NCBI GenBank assembly: GCA_039818205.1
Contig: JBCBUK010000006.1
Span: 1-64,000, forward strand
DNA from: Verrucomicrobiota bacterium
Lineage (GTDB): Bacteria; Verrucomicrobiota; Verrucomicrobiia; Opitutales; Cerasicoccaceae
DNA length: 64,000 bases
Direction of reading: 5' to 3'
Part shown: in pieces, positions 18,553-29,189 of the stretch
Numbering within the stretch: the first letter of the stretch is position 1
Layout: every line of letters starts with the position of its first letter
Program-made: the position numbers and the translations under genes
Notes under the pieces: model-generated
What the model was told of the DNA's origin: nothing
Seen by the model: only the letters and a program-made list of their open reading frames with translations
Databases searched by the model: none

Positions 18553-19608
18553 ATGCAAACCGGCGCCCTACCTCTTACCCTGGCGCACGGGTGGAAGAAA
18601 GTTCCGCCGCGTGCCACTGGCCGGCGGCTGGTTTGGCAGAAGGACGGACAGTGGTGGGCGAGTGACACCGACTTCGCTGCGCCCCTAAAGCTGGGCCCGG
18701 TTGGTCCACTTGAGTGCCCCTTGGCAGTCAATGCCGCCCGCGATTGCGCCTATCGCTACCATTGCGCCGATTGGAGTGATCGGCGGGATACAAGCGAAAT
18801 CCGCTCTGTTTCGCTAGTCGATGGCAAGGCGGAAACCTTGTTTCGCCTTGGACTCAACAAATGGGCAATTTGGCTATGTCACTACCTGCCCAAACGAGAC
18901 TACCTCGTGGGCCTGATCGCAACCGAAATGCCCCGCCGCGCCGATGGCTCAGTAGTCATCCAGCATCAACTAGGCCTGTTCGACTTGAACAAGCGGCGTT
19001 CACTGTTGGTGGCATTGCCCCGTGATTGCTTCTATCCACTCGACGTCAATCTGCAGCAGGAATGGGTCCTGTTCCACGGAGTTGAGGGCTTCCAGGTCGT
19101 TGATTTCAAAGGCCGGCGTCTCTGGCGGTGGGGCCCCAAGGGCCTGCCGGAGGGCCGTGGAGGGATGTTTCACCCGGAGCATAGCGAACTGGCCGCGCTC
19201 GGTGGCGGAGGTATTGTCCTCATCGACCGTCAAGGTAAGCTCCAGCCGGTTCATGATCGTGGCTTGAACCCCGTTTGGCACCCCGCCGGCAAGCAGCTCT
19301 ATTTTGCCGAGAGTAGCAGCGACTTGTGGCGTTGGGATTCTGAAACAACTCATACAGAACGGCTTCTGGCAGTCGCAGGTAACCGCTACTCCGAAGTAAA
19401 CCGAGCGCGATCACCCCGATTGACAAAAGACGGACGCTACGCGGCGGTGACCCTCACCCGTCGGGTTCGCCGCGAAGCATTGCCAGAATCCGTGGGGCCC
19501 AATACGGGTCCGAGCTGGGTCGAATGGCGGGCAATCTGCATCATTGACCTGGTCGAGCAGGAGGTTTGGCAGGCGCCAGGTGGGGGATTAGTCGCGTGGG
19601 TTGAGTAG
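18553..19608 (+). CDS. Hypothetical protein, TolB/WD40-like beta-propeller
   Basis: NPVWHPAGKQLYF and PRLTKDGRY PD40-like motifs. Confidence 0.55.
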   Translation: MQTGALPLTLAHGWKKVPPRATGRRLVWQKDGQWWASDTDFAAPLKLGPVGPLECPLAVNAARDCAYRYHCADWSDRRDTSEIRSVSLVDGKAETLFRLGLNKWAIWLCHYLPKRDYLVGLIATEMPRRADGSVVIQHQLGLFDLNKRRSLLVALPRDCFYPLDVNLQQEWVLFHGVEGFQVVDFKGRRLWRWGPKGLPEGRGGMFHPEHSELAALGGGGIVLIDRQGKLQPVHDRGLNPVWHPAGKQLYFAESSSDLWRWDSETTHTERLLAVAGNRYSEVNRARSPRLTKDGRYAAVTLTRRVRREALPESVGPNTGPSWVEWRAICIIDLVEQEVWQAPGGGLVAWVE

Positions 19609-19760
19609 ATTTTTCAAATAAAATCCAAATTTTGCGCCTAGTTATTGGTAAAAGTGATAATATAACTATGAAAGAAGTTCATATTCTCGTTTCGCTAATC
19701 ATCAACTTGTTACAAAATTCAAAAACAACTGTCTGTTCCCTCCTACAGACGTCTTTTTTG

Positions 19761-19788
19761 TTGCGGTGATACATTCTAACCCTACGAT
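19761..19788 (+). promoter_or_regulatory. Putative sigma70 promoter
   Basis: TTGCGG-16bp-TACGAT in an AT-rich intergenic region. Confidence 0.5.
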
Positions 19789-19836
19789 CAACCTCATATC
19801 GGTAGTTATACGCCTTTAAATAAATATATCCACACC

Positions 19837-20751
19837 ATGAAATTATTTGCCACCCTTACCATCACAGCAGGCCTCGCCATCTCGACCGTATCTGCTCAGG
19901 ACCCAGTTGTTGCTACGGATCCTGTAGGTGTCGTGAACATGGTAATCCCCTCCGGTAACTCGCTTGTCTCACCAGTTTTTGTTGAAAATCCTTCTTTCAG
20001 CGGAATGTCGACCTCGCTGGTCGAGGGCGTGGACTCCACTACGATTACCTTTGAAGCGACGCTAACTCCAAGTGCTTTTGCTCCCGGAGCGTTCCCGACC
20101 TACTACGCTGAAGTATCCTCGGGTTCGGCTGAGGGCTTTTCTTTCGACGTTTTAAGCAATACCGCAACTACCGTAGTGGTTGATGGTTTGCTCATCACTG
20201 ATTTTGGACTTTCTCAAAACGAGACGTTTATTGTACGCAAGCACGTGACACTCGATTCCTTCTTTGCAGGATCGGCTCTCGCTCGTCGTGACAGTGTTAC
20301 ATTTTTCAATTCTGACGGCACATCGGAGACCATCCAGTTTGATGGTTCTGAGTGGGATAATGGAGAAGGCCTGCGCCCAATCTACCCAGGCACAGGATTT
20401 CTGACTGCTCTCCGCTCAGACGTCGAAGTGACAACTGATGGTATGGTCAAAACAACTGACACAATTATTCCGATATACAACACGGGTGGCGTAATCAATC
20501 TGGTCACCACGGCTAGCGCAGTTGAAGTGACTCTTGAGAGCCTCGGTCTCGAAGGACAGCTTCAACGTCGTGATAGTATTGAGTTTTTTGAACCGGGCAG
20601 TTTGGCTCTCATTGCACGTTTGGAAGTTCAGTCTGATGGTTCACTTTTGCCCGTTGAAGGAAGTATCGATGATATTTCAGCCGGTGAACCGTTCTTGGTC
20701 AACTCCCGTGCAGAAACCAACCTCTCGGTTCCAGGATACGATAATAACTAG
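19837..20751 (+). CDS. Secreted beta-rich protein, TIGR02597-like
   Basis: Signal peptide followed by VATDPVG; YYAEVSSGSAEG..DVLSNT, VRKHVTLDSFF and IYPGTGFL. The family is recalled from memory, not searched. Confidence 0.65.
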   Translation: MKLFATLTITAGLAISTVSAQDPVVATDPVGVVNMVIPSGNSLVSPVFVENPSFSGMSTSLVEGVDSTTITFEATLTPSAFAPGAFPTYYAEVSSGSAEGFSFDVLSNTATTVVVDGLLITDFGLSQNETFIVRKHVTLDSFFAGSALARRDSVTFFNSDGTSETIQFDGSEWDNGEGLRPIYPGTGFLTALRSDVEVTTDGMVKTTDTIIPIYNTGGVINLVTTASAVEVTLESLGLEGQLQRRDSIEFFEPGSLALIARLEVQSDGSLLPVEGSIDDISAGEPFLVNSRAETNLSVPGYDNN

Positions 20752-20791
20752 ATTTCCATCAAAAGTTTATCTGTTAACTTACTAGGCAACT

Positions 20792-21412
20792 ATGAAAAAG
20801 CTACTTCTCTTAGCCCTTTCGGCGGCGGTTCTGCCGTTAACCCAATCGCAGGCAATTCGCATCAATGTCTTTGTTACCGACATTGATGGTCTTTACCTTC
20901 AGCCGGATGGGTCAACGCGGGTCACAGATGACTACTCGTTGGAGTGGGGTACACTCGATGTTTCGATCTCTGAATTTGAATCCCTGACTCCAAGCGAGCA
21001 GATCGCCTACATTCTCGATATCGACAATCACTTCACATCTGGGCAGACTATTCCATTTGCCGCGAACGGCGAGATCGATCTTGGACCTGCCTTTGATGCT
21101 TCACTCCCTGCTGGGATGAACTTTGGTGAGCAACTTTTCACCCTCGTCCGGAATACTACCGAGTCTGAGCTTGGATTGTTTGCGGTTCCTGCAATTTCAT
21201 TCTGGTCATTGCCTGGAAGTGAACTCGGTTCTTCCGACTTGTTTTTGGAAGCCGGCCAACCTGGAACCGATCCGATAGCACTTTACGGCAGCGTAAGCGG
21301 TATCAACGGTGTTCTGGCCGCTGCTCCGGTTCCAGAGCCTGCCACCTATGCGTTGATTGCTGGTGTGATGACTTTGGGCTTGGTTGCTTATCGCCGCCGC
21401 CAAAAGGCATAG
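20792..21412 (+). CDS. PEP-CTERM surface protein
   Basis: Signal peptide; VPEPATYALIAGVMTLGLVAYRRRQKA. Confidence 0.88.
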   Translation: MKKLLLLALSAAVLPLTQSQAIRINVFVTDIDGLYLQPDGSTRVTDDYSLEWGTLDVSISEFESLTPSEQIAYILDIDNHFTSGQTIPFAANGEIDLGPAFDASLPAGMNFGEQLFTLVRNTTESELGLFAVPAISFWSLPGSELGSSDLFLEAGQPGTDPIALYGSVSGINGVLAAAPVPEPATYALIAGVMTLGLVAYRRRQKA

Positions 21413-21434
21413 ACGTCAGGTATTTGTAATTTCT

Positions 21435-21464
21435 ATCCCTCGGCAGGCTGCCGGGGGATTTTTT
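21435..21464 (+). terminator. Intrinsic terminator
   Basis: ATCCCTCGGCA-GGC-TGCCGGGGGAT followed by a T run. Confidence 0.8.
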
Positions 21465-21566
21465 GTGCAACATTCTCTGCTATTTGTGTTCCTAAGCTCA
21501 TAGAGACCTGTTTCATTCCAGTATTGCGAGGAGAAGGATGACTCTCCAGTCTCTCAAACTCTTACC

Positions 21567-22019
21567 ATGAAAACCTCCATTTATCATTCACGTTGTCGCC
21601 CATCCCGAGCAGCATCGGGTTTTACTCTTTTGGAAATCATCATTGTCGTAGGTTTGATCGCCGCTCTGGCCGGTGCTCTGATCGTCGGCCTCCAAGGAAC
21701 CGGCAATGCCGGGCAGGTGGAGATTGAGCGCCAATTCGTTACGACCGGCGTGAAGGCACCGTTGATGGCCTACCGCTTGAACATGGGAACTTATCCCAGT
21801 GGCGAGCAGGGCCTGAAAGCCTTGCGCGAGGCACCCTCCGGAGCCACCGGAAAATGGCGTGGCCCATATCTAGACAAGGAGGCAGTCGATTCCTGGGGAC
21901 AGCCCTATAATTATCGCTACCCTGGAACACATATGACGAATTATCCTGATATCTGGTCCAACGGCCCGAATGGTCAAAACGAAGATGGTGGTGGAGATGA
22001 TGTAGGTAACTGGCAATAG
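21567..22019 (+). CDS. gspG: T2SS major pseudopilin
   Basis: G|FTLLE N-methylation site, YPSGEQGLKAL, WRGPYL, DSWGQPY and DDVGNW. Confidence 0.92.
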   Translation: MKTSIYHSRCRPSRAASGFTLLEIIIVVGLIAALAGALIVGLQGTGNAGQVEIERQFVTTGVKAPLMAYRLNMGTYPSGEQGLKALREAPSGATGKWRGPYLDKEAVDSWGQPYNYRYPGTHMTNYPDIWSNGPNGQNEDGGGDDVGNWQ

Positions 22020-22071
22020 CTTGTTCCCCCTTTGCCTGGAGCCGCATTTCATTTAACAGACATTGTCTGCG

Positions 22072-22704
22072 ATGCTCCATTCCTACACAGAAAGTCAATA
22101 TAGTCGCCCAGGCGGATTTTCCCTCCTGGAGATCGTTTTGGTGCTCGGACTCCTCACGCTTCTCGCTGGACTGGCCGCCTCGATGAGCCTGGAATCCTTA
22201 TTCACGGCAGGGAGCACGAAGCCAGCCGCGGAGGTATTTCGCGAGGCGACTCACGAGGCACGCCTTCAAGCGATAAATGATGCCGAATTGGTCTATCTGG
22301 CCTACGATTCGGAAAAAAAGGAGTTTCGTTTGAGTACTGCAAGCGCTCCAGCGCTGTCGGAAGACGAAGAGGAAGAAGTTGCCAGCTATGGGCCGACTTA
22401 CTGGGAAGAAGAGGACGCGGAGGTAGAGACGCCAGCCACAGATGCGCCCAAAGTCTCATTCCCGGTATACGACAATGATCTGATCGTTGAATTCTATGGA
22501 CTGCAGGCTGGTCAGGATGGGCCAAGTGTTTTTTCTCGGGAATTCACTGATGAACCGATCCCCAATATCGTATTTCATCCCAGCGGAGTATCGAGCCCGG
22601 CAGTTGCGATATTCAAGTTCTCCAATGGAGATGACATGACGCTGACGCTGGATTCCTTCTCAAATGGTCCGAAACTTTCTCTCGAATCCGGGGATTCCTA
22701 CTAG
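22072..22704 (+). CDS. gspH: T2SS minor pseudopilin H-like
   Basis: G|FSLLE, ARLQAI and IVFHPSG; follows gspG. Confidence 0.75.
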   Translation: MLHSYTESQYSRPGGFSLLEIVLVLGLLTLLAGLAASMSLESLFTAGSTKPAAEVFREATHEARLQAINDAELVYLAYDSEKKEFRLSTASAPALSEDEEEEVASYGPTYWEEEDAEVETPATDAPKVSFPVYDNDLIVEFYGLQAGQDGPSVFSREFTDEPIPNIVFHPSGVSSPAVAIFKFSNGDDMTLTLDSFSNGPKLSLESGDSY

Positions 22705-22728
22705 TTTATCCCGATTGAATTACAAGGT

Positions 22729-23193
22729 ATGAAGATCGCTCGTAAACACTCCGCCGAAGGCTTTACGCTCATCGAGTTCATCGTAGCGGTAGGTCTTTTC
22801 GCGATGGCTTCAGCGATTCTCATTCAGTCGGTTTCCGATGCATTGACCGCCTATGAGACGGTGAAATCGAACTCCAATCGCGAGCAGCTTTTCCGGTTCG
22901 CAGTCCGCACGATCATTTCAATTGAGGACCGCGAGGAAATGGAAGACGGCGGAGATTTGGAAATGCCGGAAGGGCTCAATGCGACTTGGGAGGTTGAGAC
23001 CGAGGAGGCAGACATGGTTGCTTTGTATCGGGCGACCATCACGATTGACCTTCAAGACAATTCCGTGACCGGGACCTCCGAAGAGCGATCGTTTGAGCTC
23101 TATCTTTACCGTCCGGAATGGCACTCTGACGAGGCCGAAAACATCCTCGAGGACCGGCGAGACAACTTGGAGGACTTGCGCAGTGGCTTCTAG
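22729..23193 (+). CDS. gspI: T2SS minor pseudopilin I-like
   Basis: G|FTLIE, short length and operon position. Confidence 0.7.
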   Translation: MKIARKHSAEGFTLIEFIVAVGLFAMASAILIQSVSDALTAYETVKSNSNREQLFRFAVRTIISIEDREEMEDGGDLEMPEGLNATWEVETEEADMVALYRATITIDLQDNSVTGTSEERSFELYLYRPEWHSDEAENILEDRRDNLEDLRSGF

Positions 23194-23899
23194 CTTGAAG
23201 CGCAGATCGCGTCGGCTGCGTCGTGGCTTTACTTTGATTGAAGTGATCCTGGTGGTGGCACTCGGCGGTGTATTGTTGCTGAGTGCGGCCTCCCTTGTCT
23301 TTGGGATGTTTCAGTTAAAAGTCGCGGTCGATTCGGCTCCACAGCAGGATGAGCACATTGCGAATTTGCGACGGTTTTTGGAGTATGCATTTACCCAAGC
23401 AAAGCCGATTAACAATACCGGTGAGCAGGGCATCGATGGTGGGGCGGCCAACGGCGATGACGACACCGCTGAACCGCCCGTCGCCTGGAAAAATCTACCT
23501 GGAACGAGCGACCTGAATGAGATGACCTTGGCATTTCGATTGCCGGGCGATGTCCCCTTGTTTGTCGACGATGCGCAGTACCTTCCAGCCGTGGATTGTT
23601 ACCTCGTTTTTGAAGAGGGTGAGGGGCTCTATCTCCATTGGCAGAGTGACGCGATGGCCGATGAAGACACCGATGATCTGCGCACGACCTTGCTGTCACC
23701 GCTGGTCACCAAGGTGGAATACTATTGGTATGATGCCGAGGATGAGGACTGGGAGATTTCCGAGGAATCCGAGGAAAATGACGAAGGCGAGGAAACGGTT
23801 CCTGACTTTATTCGTTTAACGTTTGTGGGCGATCGCGACAATCCGCCAACCGCGCTGCTGCTCTTGCCACCCAGCGATCCCGAAATTCCCCGACTATAA
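23183..23899 (+). CDS. gspJ: T2SS minor pseudopilin J-like
   Basis: RRG|FTLIE. A GTG start at 23183 overlapping the previous gene is inferred. Confidence 0.7.
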   Translation: MASSLKRRSRRLRRGFTLIEVILVVALGGVLLLSAASLVFGMFQLKVAVDSAPQQDEHIANLRRFLEYAFTQAKPINNTGEQGIDGGAANGDDDTAEPPVAWKNLPGTSDLNEMTLAFRLPGDVPLFVDDAQYLPAVDCYLVFEEGEGLYLHWQSDAMADEDTDDLRTTLLSPLVTKVEYYWYDAEDEDWEISEESEENDEGEETVPDFIRLTFVGDRDNPPTALLLLPPSDPEIPRL

Positions 23900-23900
23900 T

Positions 23901-24974
23901 ATGCGCTCGAATCGACAGTTGAAGGCCAAGCTTGGTCGACCGCGCGGTGCGATCCTCATGATCGTTCTGGGGTTCATCTTTTTGACGGCAGTCGTGGTCG
24001 TTGCGATATTGGAATCCGTGACGCGGAGTATGCGTTCGGCAGCCACTGCGGCGGCCCGAGACGACCTGCGCCTCGAAGCCTTTTCAGCAATGCAGGTTGC
24101 CATCGCGAGTCTGGGCGAGATCAAGGAGCTGGATGGAAACCTGCACAGTGCGTCTCAGCTATGGGGCAATCCAATTGCTTACTCGCCCGTTAGTTGGCCC
24201 GATTCGATGCAGGTCTACGTCACCATCGTGGACGAGACGGGCAAAATCCCACTTGTCGATTTGGATCGCGACAAACTGCGAGATCTTTTTGGCGAGATGG
24301 GGATCGATTTCACCGATGCCGATGAGTTGATTGATGCCTATTTGGATTGGGTCGATGACGATGACGAGGAGCGACTCAACGGAGCCGAAGAGCGCTACTA
24401 TGACCGGCTCGACCCACCCATCAAACCGCCCAATGAGCCCATCACCTCATTTGATTCCTTTCGCTATATCAAAGGCTTTGACGAACTGTTTTTTGACGAG
24501 AACGGCACACCGAACGAGCTGTTTAAGCAATTCAAGGAATCCGTGAGTTTCCGCCATAGTTACGATATCAACGTTAATAGCGCCTCGGATATGATAATCG
24601 ATATGCTGTCGGAAAACTCAGGGCTGAATAAGCATATATTTGAAGATCAACGAGTTGGGCTCGATGGTATCGCTAATACGCCCGACGACAGCTACATCAC
24701 CTCGCAGGATGAACTTGAGTCGATGGGATTCCGCAGCGGCGAGGGTTACGGGTTCGAGGCACGCGTGTTCCGAGTTTCCGTGGAGGTTCGTCAGGGTGAG
24801 AAGGTTTTCCAGCTCGAAGCATTGGTCGAAGATGGTGGTGGTCAGAGACAAACCCCTGATGATGACGCCGAGCCAGACAAGGATGATGACAACGACAAAG
24901 GCAAATCTGGGGTCTACAAATTGGGCGATTGGACCTTCCTTGAACTTTCCGAAAATGGCTCGGAAGACGGTTGA
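23901..24974 (+). CDS. gspK: T2SS pseudopilin K
   Basis: RG|AILMIVL (no E5), DETGKIPL, LDWVDDD..GAE..YY and INVNSA. Confidence 0.88.
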   Translation: MRSNRQLKAKLGRPRGAILMIVLGFIFLTAVVVVAILESVTRSMRSAATAAARDDLRLEAFSAMQVAIASLGEIKELDGNLHSASQLWGNPIAYSPVSWPDSMQVYVTIVDETGKIPLVDLDRDKLRDLFGEMGIDFTDADELIDAYLDWVDDDDEERLNGAEERYYDRLDPPIKPPNEPITSFDSFRYIKGFDELFFDENGTPNELFKQFKESVSFRHSYDINVNSASDMIIDMLSENSGLNKHIFEDQRVGLDGIANTPDDSYITSQDELESMGFRSGEGYGFEARVFRVSVEVRQGEKVFQLEALVEDGGGQRQTPDDDAEPDKDDDNDKGKSGVYKLGDWTFLELSENGSEDG

Positions 24975-25024
24975 TTTATTGAGCATACGCCCTGATACTC
25001 CGCCACTTTTAAACTTTTGAAATC

Positions 25025-26269
25025 GTGAAACTACCCGAAAACCTCCAGCAAGTCGCCGATTCTCGAGCGCCTGATGTGCTTCTGGTTCCAGGCGGATATT
25101 TTTTCAACCGCTTAGTACCGCTTCCAGAAGAAGTTGCTGCTGAGGAGTTTGAATCTCTCGCGGAATTGACATTGGAGGAGTGTTCTCCATTCCCCTTGGA
25201 GCAACTGGCGTGGGGTTTCATGGTCGACGAGCCGCGTCGCGAATTGTGGGTATTTGCCGCCTGTCGTCCCCGTATTGGTAGCAGCGAATTGGATAGCTGG
25301 GACGAGGCGGAGTTCGTTTTTCCTGCATTTTTGCCGTTGCTGTTAGCCTTCCCGGAACCACCCAAACACTTGGTCTGGAACTCCGATGCCGAGGTCATGG
25401 TGATGGAGTTTGCCCCGGGGTCGCGCTTCCCATCGAAGATTCGCCACCGTCGACGCATTGATCGCACGAACGAAGAGGACGAGGCGGTTGAGAAGCCCGA
25501 ACTCGATGTTCTCGACACGTTTCTGGATTCGTATGGCCTGGATCCAGATGCGACCCCGATTTATGCGCTCGAATCCATTCCAGTAAGTGATGACCGCCAG
25601 GTATCTTTTGAGATCAAGCAGTTGAATACTGATGATGAGAGCGTGCCGACCGTTGGCTTTCCCAATGCGGAATCGCCATGGTGGGCCGATCTGCGTTTTC
25701 CCGAGTTTATCGCGTCGGAGAAGCGCTCGCGAATCTTGCAGGGGAATCTTTGGAGGTCGCTCCACATTGCGAGTTGGGCAGCGGTCGTGTTGATCTTGCT
25801 GTTTCTATTGACCTTTATGGGCAACATCCTGGTGGACCGGCGCCAGCAGACGATTGCAAATCAAGAGGGCTCGGTGCTCGCCGTACAGCACAACGACGAG
25901 TTTCTGCGGAAACTTCAGCAGTTTTCAGATCGGCCGTTGCGCCCCTACGAAGTCATCGGCATGACGAATGAATACCGCCCAATTAAAGATATCTATTATC
26001 GGTCTGCCTCGGTTGATAGCGAGCAGGGGGTCACGATTCAGGGCTTTGCGCAGGACGTTGGCCAGGTGAATGACTTCAACGACCGCATTTTGGCCTCCGA
26101 TAGCTTTAACGAGCTGGAGGAAGCGAACTCCAATATCAGCCGCGACCAGGTAGAATTCACCCTGCGACTGGAGTTTACCGGCAAGTTCGATCCGGCGCCG
26201 GAACCCGTGGCGATGGCCGAGGAGTCCGCGACTCCGGCCAACCCAGAAGTCGAGGAGGTTGAGCAATGA
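25025..26269 (+). CDS. T2SS GspL/PilN-like platform protein
   Basis: LEECSPFPLEQLAWGF cytoplasmic domain, single TM and ferredoxin-like C-terminus (VTIQG...FTL); operon position. Confidence 0.65.
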   Translation: MKLPENLQQVADSRAPDVLLVPGGYFFNRLVPLPEEVAAEEFESLAELTLEECSPFPLEQLAWGFMVDEPRRELWVFAACRPRIGSSELDSWDEAEFVFPAFLPLLLAFPEPPKHLVWNSDAEVMVMEFAPGSRFPSKIRHRRRIDRTNEEDEAVEKPELDVLDTFLDSYGLDPDATPIYALESIPVSDDRQVSFEIKQLNTDDESVPTVGFPNAESPWWADLRFPEFIASEKRSRILQGNLWRSLHIASWAAVVLILLFLLTFMGNILVDRRQQTIANQEGSVLAVQHNDEFLRKLQQFSDRPLRPYEVIGMTNEYRPIKDIYYRSASVDSEQGVTIQGFAQDVGQVNDFNDRILASDSFNELEEANSNISRDQVEFTLRLEFTGKFDPAPEPVAMAEESATPANPEVEEVEQ

Positions 26270-26802
26270 ATCTACGCCGCTTATTTAATCGCCTGACCGT
26301 TCGCGAGAAGCTACTGATGTGCGGCTTTGTCTGGGTTATTCTGCTGATCTGTTTTGGATTTGGTCTCAAGAATTTCCGCGGTATGGCTTCCCGTTGGTCC
26401 ACATCCGGAAACCTCCTCTCGGAGCAGCAAGGATTCTTGAATCTCGCGCCCGAGATCGAAGTGCAGCTCCAAGAAGAGTTGGAGTTCTTCAATTCAGATC
26501 GGACTCTTGACCGTTCTGCTTTGGCTGGTCGGGTGGATAGCCTGGCGCGTCAAACGGGCGTTAATTTGGTAAACTTTAAGACCCGTAGCCAGGAGCGCGA
26601 CATCTACGATTTGCACATCATGCGCCTGTCGATCCGCGATACTTCCCTAGAAAAGCTCATGGCCTTTGATGCCGCTCTGGAAAAGGAGTCGCCCTACATC
26701 AACCAGGTCTCTGTCAGTTTGGACGCCAACCGACGCAATCCTGATCTGTTGGATGCGACCATCATTCTGAACTCCTTTGAACTGAACCCTGGCGGACTCT
26801 AA
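26266..26802 (+). CDS. T2SS GspM/PilO-like protein
   Basis: LTVREKLL+TM N-terminus; ATGA overlap with the previous gene. Confidence 0.65.
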   Translation: MNLRRLFNRLTVREKLLMCGFVWVILLICFGFGLKNFRGMASRWSTSGNLLSEQQGFLNLAPEIEVQLQEELEFFNSDRTLDRSALAGRVDSLARQTGVNLVNFKTRSQERDIYDLHIMRLSIRDTSLEKLMAFDAALEKESPYINQVSVSLDANRRNPDLLDATIILNSFELNPGGL

Positions 26803-26847
26803 ACCCTTTCGAACTAAAACCCGGCGGATCATCCGTTGTTCAAAAAC

Positions 26848-29187
26848 ATGTCCATTACACGCAAACCCTCTACTCGTATTCTTGGTTGGTGCCAGCGAAT
26901 TACTGTGCTGTTGTTAGTCAGCATCGCTACCCCCTTGGTTTTGGCCCAGCCAGAGCCAGCCCCAGGCGGGCGCGGAGCACCGCAGGAAGACATGGTCAAG
27001 ACGGTCATCATGGTCGATATGCCGCTCGATGCCGTGCTGAAGTATCTCGAGCAATTGACCGGCAAAGCTATCTTGCGCTCACAGTCCTTGCCCGCCGTTA
27101 AGATCAACTTTGACAGCCTTGGACCCATGTCCCGCGACGAAGCGATTCGGGCGGTGGAGAGTTTGCTGGCGCTAAATGGCATATTGATTACTCCGGTCGG
27201 CGATGAGTTTCTTAAGGCAGTCGCGGTTTCCGGCCCGGGAGGTCCAACCGCGCAGGTGCCGAAGTTTTTGACTGGTTCTGCTCTCGTGCTACCGCCAAGC
27301 CAAGCCTTCTACACCAAGATGTTCAAGTTGCAGTATCTTGACGCGATGCAAGAAGGGCAGGCTTTGATTCAAGGGATGGCCACGCAGGGCTCACCGTTGA
27401 TTGTTTTCCAGAAAAACAACGCGATTCTCATCACTGACATGCTCGTGAATTTGCAGCGAATCGAGCAGATCCTGAAGGATGCCGACAAGCCGGATCTACA
27501 GGCGGAAAACGTATTCTTTTTCCAGTTGTCAAACATCAAGGCGCTCGATCTGGTGCAACGGCTACAGAAGCTTACCCAGGGGAATACTGGATTGGCTCGC
27601 TTCTTTGCCAACAATACCACCTTTGAGGCAGATGAGCGCACGAATCAACTGATCGTGATCACCCACCCCTCCAATGAGCCCCTTCTAGAAGACCTGATTG
27701 GCAAGCTGGACAAGGACGTCGAGCCGGTAACGTCGAGTGAGGTCTTCTACATCAAGCATGCGCAGGCGACCGAGATCGACACCCTGCTTGAAGAAGTGAT
27801 TAGTGGGCAACAAAGCGCCCGGGAGAATTCGGAGAGCGCGAATAGTCGAAACACGAACTCGCCCGAGTCACAAACGGCGGCTTCGGGTGGGAACACGGAT
27901 GCCTTAGTCGCCGATGCGGCACCGCTACCAAGCCCGACCCAAGGGGTAACGGGCGGAGAGGTTGACACCAAGAATCTGCAGTTTTCTGACTTCGTCACGG
28001 TCGTGGCGGATGAACGATCGAATGCGATTGTGGCCTATGGCACGAAGACGGACCTTCGCCAAATTGGTATCCTGATCGAGCAGATTGATGTCCTCCTCGC
28101 GCAGGTATTCATTGAGGTCTTGATCGCGGAAGTGACCCTTACTGATGAAGCCGTGAGTGGTATCAGCGAATTGGGCTTTTCCGGTAACGAACTCGAGATA
28201 GCACAAACCGATACGCCGTTCGGGGTGATTCCGTTCCCGGAGCGTTATGGCTTCGCCGCAAACGTGCAGGGCCAAGCGGGTTCGCGTCTCGTGGAGAGTC
28301 CGCCATTTGAGTTCAACTTCACACTCAATCCAGAAGAGTTTAATTTGGTTATTCGAACAGCAGCGGAGAACTCGAACGTGCGCATTTTGTCGGCGCCGAA
28401 TATCGTGACCACGCACAACCAAGAGGCGAACGTGAACGTCTCGCAATCGCGTCCAATTATTACGAGCACGGTGCAGAATTTGGCTACCGGTAGCACGAAC
28501 GGCACGACGTCGAACGACGTTCAGTTCCGCGACATTGGTATCCAGCTCAAGGTGAAGCCATTGATTGGCAGCAACGGTATTATCCAGATGGAGATCGAGC
28601 AGATCGTGGAGAACGTCATTGAGCTGACCGACATTAACGGTATCCAACAGCCCATTATTGGTAAGCGTGAAGCCACCTCATTTGTCAGCGTTGCCGATGG
28701 CCAAGTCATTGTGCTCGCCGGCTTGCAGGAGACCTCGTTCTCGACCAGCCAAGGTGAGATTTGGTTGCTGGGTGACATTCCGCTGTTGGGCGACTGGCTG
28801 AACCCGAATGCGGAGGTCAACGAGCGCCGTGAGTTGATGATCTTCATCAACCCAACTGTTTATTTTGGGCCGCAAGACGCCAGCAACCACGCGAACGATA
28901 TTATCGAGCGTCTGGATAACGGTGGTGATGTCACGACATTCATGCGGAGTAATGATATGTCTGAGATTACTCGCGAGCAACGTGAAGAGAGCCTGCGGCA
29001 GTCACAGGAGTTCATTGAGCAAAGCCGCGGTGACAATCCGTTAGAGGTCAACGAAATCGAAGAGCCTGAGACACCGGAAAGCTCTGATGCTTCGCTTGAA
29101 GAATCGACCGAACCGGCTATTACCGCTCCAACCGTAAGTTCCAACCGAAACCCGGACGGGAGCTGGCGCTTCCAAACCGACGATTGA
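26848..29187 (+). CDS. gspD: T2SS secretin
   Basis: N-domain repeats ([19 protein letters not shown]), [20 protein letters not shown] and [16 protein letters not shown]. Confidence 0.93.
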   Translation: MSITRKPSTRILGWCQRITVLLLVSIATPLVLAQPEPAPGGRGAPQEDMVKTVIMVDMPLDAVLKYLEQLTGKAILRSQSLPAVKINFDSLGPMSRDEAIRAVESLLALNGILITPVGDEFLKAVAVSGPGGPTAQVPKFLTGSALVLPPSQAFYTKMFKLQYLDAMQEGQALIQGMATQGSPLIVFQKNNAILITDMLVNLQRIEQILKDADKPDLQAENVFFFQLSNIKALDLVQRLQKLTQGNTGLARFFANNTTFEADERTNQLIVITHPSNEPLLEDLIGKLDKDVEPVTSSEVFYIKHAQATEIDTLLEEVISGQQSARENSESANSRNTNSPESQTAASGGNTDALVADAAPLPSPTQGVTGGEVDTKNLQFSDFVTVVADERSNAIVAYGTKTDLRQIGILIEQIDVLLAQVFIEVLIAEVTLTDEAVSGISELGFSGNELEIAQTDTPFGVIPFPERYGFAANVQGQAGSRLVESPPFEFNFTLNPEEFNLVIRTAAENSNVRILSAPNIVTTHNQEANVNVSQSRPIITSTVQNLATGSTNGTTSNDVQFRDIGIQLKVKPLIGSNGIIQMEIEQIVENVIELTDINGIQQPIIGKREATSFVSVADGQVIVLAGLQETSFSTSQGEIWLLGDIPLLGDWLNPNAEVNERRELMIFINPTVYFGPQDASNHANDIIERLDNGGDVTTFMRSNDMSEITREQREESLRQSQEFIEQSRGDNPLEVNEIEEPETPESSDASLEESTEPAITAPTVSSNRNPDGSWRFQTDD

Positions 29188-29189
29188 TT

